64,000 bases of DNA from Tubiluchus corallicola (lineage: Eukaryota; Animalia; Priapulida): positions 1 to 64,000 of the forward strand of contig JAQGDQ010000754.1 of the NCBI GenBank assembly GCA_030141605.1, written 5' to 3'. The translations under genes and the position numbers were made by a program. Numbering within the stretch: position 1 is the stretch's first letter; every line of letters starts with the position of its first letter. The notes under the pieces are model-generated. The model saw only the letters and a list, made by a program, of their open reading frames with translations, ran no database searches and was not told the origin of the DNA. Below, in pieces: positions 27,896-38,896 of the stretch.

Positions 27896-28750
27896 CTGAA
27901 AATACAAAATGCATTAATTTTTTACATTTAATATTTTATTTCAAACTTTACAAAGTTCATATACACATCACAAATTAATACAAATAATGCAATAAATCAT
28001 GACACACAACAATAACACAAATAACAATTAACGATATAACAAACTACGCCAATGACGTCTAATTACAGAAGTAAAGTTTGCATCACTGTTTAAAATGTTC
28101 TTAATGGCGCATCATGTACAAAATGCAGTTTCCATCACAGATATAATGACTTCAGTGCAAATTCTAGAAATTTTAAATTTATATCTCGTTCAGCCACATA
28201 CGTTCTTTATCATTAAAATGTTTGAAGCAGCATGCAAATAGCAGAATTTAGCTGCAGTTTCTGTGCAAATTTTTTAACAAACTAATGGCGGTTTTACTGC
28301 AGAACAAAATCAAACAATATGCATGATCTTTGTAAGACCACGGTTTACTTGTGGTTCGAAAACTGGTCTGAAAATCTCTCAAACTCAACTCGAATTTGAT
28401 TCTAATTCAAAATACTGAAATTCTGTTCAATTCGAATTCGAAAGTCACAAATACGATTCGAATTCGCATTCTGTTAGAGAACGCTCACCCCTAATGTACG
28501 ATACTCATTGTAATTTAAAACTAACTCTCCATGACTGTTTTTAAATAATTCATTTCTCAAATTGTTTTGTGTTTAAAGTTATTCAGGCTTGTTCCGATGC
28601 ACTCAATGGGCGACATATCGGGGAAACAGATTTCGTCATTGTCAAAGGCTTTGAGAGCCTGGCCTAGCAGATGTGTACCTGTCCAGTTGCACGAGTACAA
28701 CATTTGCGTAGGTACAACTTGCAATTCAATTATGCGAAATTTGAACTTAC

Positions 28751-28863
28751 CCGATGGCAGCAGGTGCCTGGATACGAGTTTTCACCAAATCCAGTGGTTG
28801 GAAAATGACCGTTGAACATGTTCCGCTCAGTGATCCAGCCAAAAAGGATTTGACTACGGGATG
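28751..28863 (-). CDS. SLC25A38: SLC25A38 coding exon A
   Basis: [37 protein letters not shown](G); TAG acceptor and GTAAGT donor. Confidence 0.94.
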
Positions 28864-29024
28864 CTAAAACAACAAAATTTTGCGTAACAAAGTAACGCAC
28901 GTTTTTATTACAGCTCCACGCTGCAACAACTCGCTGTCCATTACATGAATGGCTTCCTTCATTTGCATACTAAACACTACACATATAATTAGGAGTCAAA
29001 GTCTGAGAGATAAGTTTTAGTATC

Positions 29025-29863
29025 TGTTGTGTTTTGTTTCTCTCGTAAGGCTCGCAGAAAAAACCAGAAAACACGTTGTCAAATTAAACTAGTTTATTAT
29101 GCGAGAATTCTACAGCACAAAAGTATGAAGGAACGCGAAATGTTTACAGTAAATGTGATAATCTGGAAACGTGAAACGTGAGAATACGAGTATACAAGAG
29201 AAAGTGAGAGAATAAACTTTAGCGGCCTTATATATCAGTGCCAAGGAACAATCTAGAAATAGAAAGTTCTACAAGGTAAGAAGATTGTTCTACTGTACAA
29301 TGGAATATTCCAGAATAAACTCCAGGGGCCTTATATATCAGTGCCAAGGAACAATCTAGAAATAGAAAGTTCTACAAGGTAAGAAGATTGTTCTACTGTA
29401 CAATGGAATATTCCAGAATAAACTCCAGGGGCCTTATATATCAGTGCCAAGGAACAATCTAGAAATAGAAAGTTCTACAAGGTAAGAAGATTGTTCTACT
29501 GTACAATGGAATATTCCAGAATAAACTCCAGGGGCCTTATATATCAGTGCCAAGGAACAATCTAGAAATAGAAAGTTCTACAAGGTAAGAAGATTGTTCT
29601 ACTGTACAATGGAATATTCCAGAATAAACTCCAGGGGCCTTATATATCAGTGCCAAGGAACAATCTAGAAATAGAAAATTCTACAAGGTAAGAAGATTGT
29701 TCTACTGTACAATGGAATATTCCAGAATAAACTCCAGGGGCCTTATATATCAGTGCCAAGGAACAATCTAGAAATAGAAAATTCTACAAGGTAAGAAGAT
29801 TGTTCTACTATAATATAGAACATTCTACAACATTCTATTTAATTCTAGTGGATCTCCACAACA
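29025..29863 (-). mobile_element. Solo LTR with an internal 103-bp tandem array
   Basis: TGTTGTG...CACAACA termini and a near-perfect 5-bp flank duplication (gtatc/gtaac); minus-strand TATATAAGG and AATAAA; homologous copy at 14564-14926. Confidence 0.7.
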
Positions 29864-29874
29864 GTAACTGATAA

Positions 29875-30600
29875 CTTCCAGTAACCTGGAAAGTACATGT
29901 TGAAGAGATACACAAAAAGCCTGCAAACGTATTTACTTACTAAGCTTTTAAAGAGAGCAGGTATTCCTCAAATAGATACGATTACAGTTTAATGTACATT
30001 AATAAACCAATATTGGAATTCGCTTGTCCTGCATGGCATACTTCTTTAACATTAGAACAGACAAAATTACTAGAGTCAATTCAAAAATGTATGTTGAAGT
30101 CAATTTTCCCCTGCACATCTTACATAAATGCTTTGCAGCTATCAAAAATAGAATATTTATCTGAACGTAGAAATGACATTTGCAAAAAAATTTTTAAGTC
30201 AATCCAAAATCAAGACAATGGACTCTATTATTTATTACCTAAACACAACCACGCTAAGCACAATCTTCATAAACAAATGATGTATCCTTTACCTCTTCGC
30301 CGTTTTAAAAGTAGTTTTATACCATATGCACTTTTTAATTATCAGTAAGTTCATTACTACCGTTTACACTGTGGCACAAGATATTATAATAATTGATTTT
30401 AATAAGATTAATGTTAACGTAAATTAATGTCTTTTAAATTTAATTTTAACTTCAGTTTATTTTAATTAATGTTAGGTAAAGTCGTTTTAATGTAATTTAA
30501 TTGCAATTTTAAACCTCGGTGTATCTTAATTAATGTAATGTGATTTAACATTCGGGTTACAAGAGTTTTAATAATAATTTAATAATAATAATACTAATAA
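29875..30600 (+). mobile_element. L2/CR1-clade LINE 3' fragment
   Basis: Degenerate ORF2 end (TWKVHVEEI..KRAG..KPILEFACPAWH..LESIQK..RFKSSFIPYA) and a (TAA)n tail. Confidence 0.85.
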
Positions 30601-30603
30601 TAA

Positions 30604-30684
30604 TAATAACCTAGCCACTGGGGGGGGGGGGCAAGCCAGCCCAACTCAGTGCCGGTCCCAAGCCCGGATAAATAGGGAGGGTTA
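30604..30684 (+). ncRNA. Twister self-cleaving ribozyme at the 5' end of an RTE element
   Basis: TAA TAA CCTA GCC A [hairpin CTG..GGGC/GCCC..CAG] T GCCGGTCCCAAGCCCGG ATAAA TAGG GAGGG TTA. The twister core is intact and P2 (CCTA/TAGG) pairs; predicted cleavage is U30607/A30608. Confidence 0.85.
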
Positions 30685-31100
30685 GGGTCAGGAAGGGCAT
30701 CCGCCTGTAAAAACTGTGCCAAAACCTTCTATGAATGAGTCGGTGAGACTTAAAGGTAAAGTCCACAAAGTGGTCAGACCCGCTCTAATCTATGGGCTGG
30801 AAGCAGCTTCTCTAAAGAAGACCGAAGAGAAGAAAATAGGTGTGGTGGAGATGAGGATGTTGGGATGGATGGTGGGAATAACAAGAAGAGATAAAATTAG
30901 AAATAATAATATCAGAGGAACAGTAAAAGTAGTGGAAGCCTCGCAAGATTGCGATGGTATGCACACCTGAAAAGAAGAGTCGGTGAAGATCATGTGGGAA
31001 GGGAAGACATAAATGAAGAGATGGTCAACAACAGAAATGCGTGGAGAAGACTCATTCACAACGGCGACCCCGAATAGGGAAAAGCTGGGAAGAAGAAGAA
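30608..31100 (+). mobile_element. Internally deleted non-autonomous RTE retrotransposon
   Basis: RTE 5' end (twister followed by GTCAGGAAGGGCATCC) fused to the ORF C-terminus (LKGKVHKVVRPALIYG...EMRMLGWMVGITRRDKIRN) and a GGCGACCCC...(GAA)n tail; tactaataataataat flanks both sides. Confidence 0.85.
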
Positions 31101-31115
31101 TACTAATACTAATAC

Positions 31116-31169
<54 letters not shown>

Positions 31170-31312
31170 GTAAATTAATAGTACTACAATTAGTTCTATG
31201 TTCGTAAATGAAAATGAAAGATACATACCAAGTTATACAATAAAACAACTGGAATGGTTCCATCGGTTTTGGCCATTGCTTAGACAACAGCTGTAGCGAA
31301 CAAATCACTCAC

Positions 31313-31550
31313 GGCTGCTGTCTGTCCACCTAAGTGTCCATCTTGATCACAATCTTGTTTTGAAGCTAATGAGTTAAGGTGCTATAGCCGCTGTACAACA
31401 ATGACAACAGTTGCCTCATTGGTGCTGACAGTGAACTTGCAAAATAATGTGAAGTTTAAGAACCGTGCTGTTGTTCTGTGACCAATACAGTTAGAAAAGT
31501 CAGTTTCTTGCAGTTGGAGGCTAGTAAAGCACACTCACTGATTCTTAGAA
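31313..31550 (-). other. Candidate 5' exon of SLC25A38 (5' UTR with uORFs, possibly carrying the start codon)
   Basis: Good acceptor (ttttacag) and donor (GCC|GTGAGT); contains short ORFs MRQLLSLLYSGYSTLTH* and MDT*. Confidence 0.5.
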
Positions 31551-32105
31551 CTGTAAAAGGAAAATGCAATGTGTGTAAATGAACAATTCAATTCAATTCA
31601 ATTTTATTTTCTCAATAGCAGTTAGATTCGTCATAATTATTTTTGCATTTCATTGCAGCTGAGGAGCAGAGAAAGACCTATTGGTCACTTGGTCAACTGC
31701 CCCTAATTAAAAATACAAGTTTACTCACAGGCTCATGACATTTTTAGGTGTTTGTGTATATATAAAAGGCAAAAGCAACAAAAATCAACTCAAAGCAGAA
31801 ATGCAATTCAAAGCATAACAAGGAATAACATCAAGCAAAAAATTAATGAAATTCAATGCAGAGCAAAAAATAATATCAAACAAAAGCAACAAAAATCTAC
31901 TCAAAGCAAAAATGCAATTCTACTCAGAATAAAAGGAGGTTATCACAAGCAATGCAAAACGGAATTTAACTTATAGCAAAAATTATATCAAACAAAATGA
32001 AACTCAAGTCAAACAACAAATTTGACCTATCCAATTAGTGAGACTGAGTGTTAAAAATGTCTGCTCCAGCGCTAAGAAATAATAAGCCCTGTCACAGTTT
32101 CGTTG

Positions 32106-32117
32106 TGCGCATGCGCA
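32106..32117. promoter_or_regulatory. NRF1-type palindrome
   Basis: Perfect TGCGCATGCGCA upstream of the candidate SLC25A38 5' exon; function not shown. Confidence 0.35.
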
Positions 32118-32317
32118 GTTGCTGTAGGTCAAAGGTTAAGTGTACCACAGCAACGCGTTCTAACTACAATCGTCAAGTGACATGCGGCAATGCGTCTTAA
32201 CTACAATCGTCACATGACGTGTGGGTAAAGCATAACATCAGTTCAGTAACTTCAGTTGTTTTTACATGAACTTTACTTAATTATGCATTAGTCTGAGCTT
32301 AAAGTCAGACTTCAGTA

Positions 32318-33103
32318 TCTACAGAAGCATGCATAGCTATAATCATTTTTTCATTTAAGTATGGTGAGTGTGTTAATGACCGTATGGTCGTACACTCACC
32401 TCGCACTACTCAAATTATTACATCATTTACTTCATCGTTATTTACGTTAAGTTATCTACAGAAGCATGCATAACTATAATCATTTTTTCACTTAAATAAG
32501 GTGAGTGTGTTAATGACCGTATGGTCGTACACTCACCTCGCACTACTCAAATTATTACATCATTTACTTCATCCTTATTTACATTAAGTTATCTACAGAA
32601 GCATGCATAACTATAATCATTTTTTCATTTAAGTAAGGTGAGTGTGTTAATGACCGTATGGTCGTACACTCACCTCGCACTACTCAAATTATTACATCAT
32701 TTACTTCATCCTTATTTACATTAAGTTATCTACAGAAGCATGCATAACTATAATCATTTTTTCATTTAAGTAAGGTGAGTGTGTTAATGACCGTATGGTC
32801 GTACACTCACCTCGCACTACTCAAATTATTACATCATTTACTTCATCGTTATTTACATTAAGTTATCTACAGAAACATTCATAACTATAATCATTTTTTC
32901 ATTTAAATAAGGTGAGTGTGTTAATGACCGTATGGTCGTACACTCACGTCGCACTACTCAAATTATTACATCATTTACTTCATTCTTATTTACATTAAGT
33001 TATCTACAGAAGCATGTATAACTATAATCATTTTTTCATTTAAGTAAGGTGAGTGTGTTAATGACCGTATGGTCGTACACTCACCTCGCACTACTCAAAT
33101 TAT
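32318..33103. repeat. 137-bp tandem array x~6, each unit with a hairpin
   Basis: Every unit contains GGTGAGTGTG ttaa TGACC gtat GGTCG TACACTCACC. Confidence 0.95.
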
Positions 33104-34147
33104 TTTATTTAAAGTTTATTAATGTGCTTGATATTGTATTTTTTATGTGTGAAATAAAATTCACAGTTCATAGAGTGATTTACTAGCAGAATCTTGCTTG
33201 GAAACAAGAAAAAATGAACTAGGTAAGGTTCTTGTTAACTGTTGAAACTGTTACTATTACAATAGTATATACTGCGAGGCGTTGTCAAGTGTACACAAAT
33301 AGGTTGCCTGGTACACTTTGACCTTTTAACTGTTATGTATTAATGCGTCAGAACGCATTGTAAATAAAGTAGTTCGGTAACACGCATAATGGTGTACTGT
33401 ATTTCAATATTTCTACTAGAACATTAACGATCATCGTCATTAATCGTGGAATGGTGAAAAAGCTTATTCTGTCTGACTGACAGAATTAACAAAAATACAT
33501 AGACTTCAATCAGGCAAATAAAAATGCTTAAGGCACAATGGAAAGCATTTACACCTGTATGTAAAGCATTTACACTTGCATTCATACTTTCAATTCTTAA
33601 TAACTTATTGCTCCAGTCAGTAAAAAATCTTATAAAATCACTCAGTGTTTAAAAGACACACTTGAATACCCAACCAACAAACACATCACTTAAATTTGCT
33701 ATTTGTTTATAGCGCTACAGTTTGACCTTGAATTTCAAGGACATTTCAATGTTATATGTACAGGCAGGTGTGCAAATAGTATGGATTTTAGCAACACGTT
33801 GAATATTCAATTTCAATGAATGTTATTGATAACCAGGCACCTAGGCAAAATCATGAAAATAAAAATTTATTCCCGGAAACACTAATGGCCGGTTTACATG
33901 TTTATAGTACTTCCACGAATTAGCAATTTTATATTACAGCCACACAACATCCGCTTGACAAGTTTATAAGTTTAACAAAGAAGAGTGAACTGAATAAATT
34001 TTGTTAAATAAACTAAACTGAAGAACTATGTTAAATAACTAAGAAAAATAGTTTTTTAAATGCACAAAACTTTGTGTAATGTGTGAGCTAAATCTTTGCA
34101 TTAGTTTGACATTATCAAATTTATCACAATGGTATTATGAATTAATG

Positions 34148-34527
34148 AATCCTGGTACAGATTATGCAAAACAAGGCATCATTGAAAAATCTTTACAGCT
34201 GATGTCAACATAGCGCAATCTATTATCTTTCTTCCTACCATTTCCACTAACACATCCTTCTGCCCTTCCTGTGTGATCTAACCTTTCTCCCAGTTCTTTT
34301 TTTTGTTCACTCATCCATTCTTTCTTTATCGGGTTCACCTGACAGTGGGCTTATACAAGCCTTTGCTTCTCTAGCCCACTGCAGTACAATTAATCTTTTA
34401 TGATAACGATAGTGTATGAAACATAATAATTAAGTACAGTAGATGTAATAATTTAGATGTCACTGTGTGCTTAATGTCATTATATTGTACTGAATATGAT
34501 AATAATAATAAATAAAAATAAATAAAT
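34148..34527 (+). mobile_element. LINE (L2-like) 3' tail element, copy 1
   Basis: Stem-loop CAGTGGGCT...AGCCCACTG and a (TAA)n/AATAAA tail; inverted copy at 59872-60243. Confidence 0.7.
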
Positions 34528-35267
34528 GATATGTTTAAAATTCTCTGTCGAGATTTCCCCCCAAAATAAGCCATTTTGGCCCTCTACTGTTTCAACTAAA
34601 ATAGATTACCAATAATTTTTATGAAATGAAAACTACATTGTTCTAATAACCAATATCGACAGTGAAATAAACTGTCAAGCGATCAATCGATTAGAAATTT
34701 ATACATGTAATTACACATTTTTATCTCTATTATCAAGCCTATTATTTATTACTATATATATGTATGTAGGAACTGAAAGATAAATTATTTTGTTGCACAT
34801 GTTTCAACAAGCACTGAAAGCAAGCAAAGACGTTTCTAAAAAAATCCCAACACAGAGAGGTTGATCAGCAACAGCTGTTCTAATTCTAAATATAGGCTAA
34901 TTTTAATGCAACTGAGTCACAGCGTATTTAACAAGATTAACTGCCCTTGATATTTTTATAGTTGTGTGCGTGCAGAGCTTTGCAGTAATTATATGCACCC
35001 TAGTTATGTGTCCGGTATGTCACTGTGTACCGAGGTAGTATAATCCACCCAATTTCTGGAAATTTAGCCTTAATTGTTACCATCACTGCAGCCATAAAAA
35101 ACCAGTAAATAGTATTCACCGGGCGACTGTAGATTCATTGAAAAAGTAATAAATTTTTATTTCACTTACTTCACAGAAAACAGGCCGGTTGCTTCGAATG
35201 TATATTTTATACAGCACCGAGGCAATGATCTATACAATTTGCTATGCTTTGTTAAGACAAACTAATA

Positions 35268-35940
35268 ATGTAAAAAATTTCTGGGCATACAGGTAGACAA
35301 TAATCTTTCCTGGGATGAACACATTAATAACATATTATCAAAAATGGCATCAAGCACATCATATCTCCGACATATCTCCGGGCAACCAACAAAGGAAACT
35401 AAGACACTAATATATAAAACTTTAGTTCTACCACACTTCTTATATGGATGTACGCTACTTCAAAAAACCAAAAGAGAAAATTACTTAAAATTAAATCTCC
35501 TTCAGAACTATGCGTTGAGATTGATAGCTCGGTACCCATACAAACGTAAGGCAGGTAGACAAAAATTCAAAGCTTCAACAACTAACCTGAGAAAAACTTT
35601 AAAATTCCCAATCATTGACGCACACAAAGAATATTTTACTCTGCTTTTTATATTTAAATACATTAACAACATCAGCAAACCATTCCAGAATAATAGATTT
35701 AGCTTTTTTCCAAATCCTATCGTTAATTCCAGAACAAGCAATCTAAAACAAACTAGGACAAATACCCATTGTTTGATTTTATTCGTCGTTACTTTCCATT
35801 ACTGCACAGTAGTTTAGACTGCACTGACGCATTTGCCTTTAGCAGTGTAAGTTTTTATTAACTAACACTGATTGATCATCTCTGTAAAGTTTTTATCAGT
35901 GATTATCAATGGATTTTAATGGCAAATAAAGATTATTATA
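35268..35940 (+). mobile_element. L2/CR1-clade LINE 3' fragment
   Basis: KFLGIQVDNNLSWDEHINNILSK..LIYKTLVLPHFLYG..LQNYALRLI; AATAAA followed by a simple-repeat tail. Confidence 0.8.
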
Positions 35941-36739
35941 TATATATATATACATATCAAATAAACACTTTTCCCAAACTTTAACTGTGTTTTATAAATC
36001 ATGTAAACCAACCCTAATCCTTATTTATTTTATTTGCTAATCCAACACATTTTACTAATAACAAGGCTGGCTGATTTAAAATAACTATTTAGTATTTTGC
36101 CAATCTTCCCTTGAATTGTATTCTTTCATTTAGTAATAACTATAATTGTGGTAAGAACAAAAGGGAAAATAAAATGAACTTGAATCCGATCTGAATCTAT
36201 TCATGGCTTTACATACATAAAGATATAATCATAAAGCTGATCTGAAAGTATTTACATTTGCCTAGGTGCAAGCTTTTGGGTCCAGTGTGCACACAAACCA
36301 GATAACTAGCAGTACAGACTAAAAAAAGAACATTTATTTGCTTTACTTTTGAACGTCTGTCTAGCAGCTTTACTTATTTTACAGAAATAATTTTGCACCT
36401 CCAATGTGTGCATACAGATAAGCACCAGGTGCCATTAAACAACTTTCGCTTTCAGTAGCTATTTTCGTTTGTACATTCATCGTTAGTATCTTCGTTAGTT
36501 CATTTATACGTCCGTACTCCAGATGCACAATATCACGAATATGGAAGACAAGAGTTACCTTCAATACCTGCGACTACCTTCAATGATCGGCTCAAAGCTA
36601 ATAGCTTTTTGCGCCATGGTTGCAATTTTAATTATATACGTAACGTTGTGGATTCGATTAAACACTATAACTGTTAATACTATGCCACTGTGGTGTATAG
36701 TCAGGTGGGAGTCTTTAATTCTCCATCAATAAGGTCCAT

Positions 36740-38110
36740 TCAGGCTGAAATGGGTTGCGATACATTTCAGGATGGTCTTTCCAATACTGATCCTGTTGTG
36801 TCTTAAAGTGTGAAGCATTAGTGGCACACCATACCTTAGTATTTAGTGAATTCCAATCATTGACAGTCCCACACAATACCTTAGTATTTAATGAATTTCA
36901 ATCATTGACAGTCCCACACCATACCTTAGTATTTAGTGAATTCCAATCATTGACAGTCCCACACAATACCTTAGTATTTAATGAATTCCAATCATTGACA
37001 GTCCCACACCATACCTTAGTATTTAATGAATTCCAATCATTGACAGTCCCACACCATACCTTAGTATTTAATGAATTCCAATCATTGACAGTCCCACACC
37101 ATACCTTAGTATTTAATGAATTCCAATCATTGACAGTCCCACACCATACCTTAGTATTTAATGAATTCCAATCATTGACAGTCCCACACCATACCTTAGT
37201 ATTTAGTGAATTCCAATCATTGACAGTCCCACACATACCTTAGTATTTATGAATTCCAATCATTGACAGTCCCACACCATACCTTAGTATTTAGTGAATT
37301 CAATCATTGAAGTTTTGTTTTTGTTTTTGGTTTTGTTTTGTGTTTTTGGTCATACCTTAGTATTTAATGAATTCCAATCATTGACAGTCCCACACCATAC
37401 CTTAGTATTTAGTGAATTCCAATCATTGACAGTCCCACACCATACCTTAGTATTTAATGAATTCCAATCATTGACAGTCCCACACCATACCTTAGTATTT
37501 AGTGAATTCCAATCATTGACAGTCCCACACCATACCTTAGTATTTAATGAATTCCAATCATTGACAGTCCCACACCATACCTTAGTATTTAGTGAATTCC
37601 AATCATTGACAGTCCCACACATACCTTAGTATTTAATGAATTCCAATCTTGACAGTCCCACACCATACCTTAGTATTTAGTGAATTCCAATCATTGACAG
37701 TCCCACACCATACCTTAGTATTTAATGAATTCCAATCATTGACAGTCCCACACCATACCTTAGTATTTAGTGAATTCCAATCATTGACAGTCCCACACCA
37801 TACCTTAGCATTTAATGAATTTCAATCATTGAAAGTCCCACACCATACCTTAGCATTTAATGAATTTCAATCATTGAAAGTACTAAACACAAATCTATTC
37901 CTGTTTCTGCATCTCGGCTTAATAACTTTATATCCAGTACCTCGTAAATTATTAGCAAAATAACGACCAGGCTATAGTTTAGTCAGATTGTTCTTGACAC
38001 GAAACATGAGGATCCAATCACCCCTCTTCCTTCAAAATCTCTATGAGGGGAGTTTTCGAAAGTGAAATTTCTTCAGTGTCGTATGATATCCGTCTTTCAA
38101 GTGGGAAATT
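36740..38110 (-). mobile_element. CR1 LINE ORF2 C-terminal remnant hosting a 45-bp array
   Basis: The minus strand reads RRGDWILMF...LRGTGYKVIKPRCR...NDWNSL...FKTQQDQYWK, a typical CR1 tail. Confidence 0.72.
36834..37880. repeat. 45-bp tandem array x~22
   Basis: Unit cacaccataccttagtattta(a/g)tgaattccaatcattgacagtcc. Confidence 0.97.
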
Positions 38111-38273
38111 ATTTAGTTGATCCTGCAAACTTTATGTATACATAATATTATTGATACTAGGCCACATGTGATCACGGGGCAAAGATGAAACTTGTGCATG
38201 CTGTGGCGTATCAGGAAAGTACACAATTTCTATACCATGCTCGTTGCTTTATAAGTCTCATTATGAATGCATG

Positions 38274-38896
38274 CAGAGGCGTAGCAAGGTGGGGTGACAG
38301 GAGGCAATCACACTCGGGCGCAGGGTGTTCTAGAGTTCAACGACTGTTAATTATTAATCACTAATCAGACGTTAATAAAACACTTAACAAAGGTTTTCAA
38401 ACTACAACAAAATTGTCTAGTCAGAGATCATCATAGCTGACTTAATTACTACACAAAGCTTAGAAAAAGGGCTAATATTGTTACTTAATTGTGTGTGTAG
38501 GGTGTTGTGTGGCTTAGCACATCGATAATTTTGTGGCATTTCTCTAAATGGCAATTGTATTATTATGAAAACCTATCATGTTCTGTGTCTTTCATAATCT
38601 TTGCATGTTTTAATGCTGGAACTCAATGTTTAAGGATTGTCGTGTTACGCGTAACTAATGCACAGGACAGAAGAGCTACTTCGGTGCAGTAGCGGAAATC
38701 GAATTCAGGCTAATTCTTAGAAAAACACGTTTATATTTATCCCATCATGTCGAAAAACGAAAGTCAGGTTCATGGACACAAAAACTTGCACAATTTGTGG
38801 CTTCACCCAGTGAAACAAATGATCAAAACATTAAAGGGGGGGGCACTAGAAGTTTTTTTGCCCTTGGGTGCCATAAGCAGTTGCTACGCCACTCTG
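38274..38896. mobile_element. hAT-like MITE
   Basis: TIRs CAGAGGCGTAGCAA / TTGCTACGCCACTCTG. Confidence 0.6.

Noticed and set aside
31525-31550. Iron-responsive-element-like CAGTGA in the candidate SLC25A38 leader
   Set aside because: The flanks (AGAAT / GTGTG) do not form the 5-bp upper stem with a bulged C.
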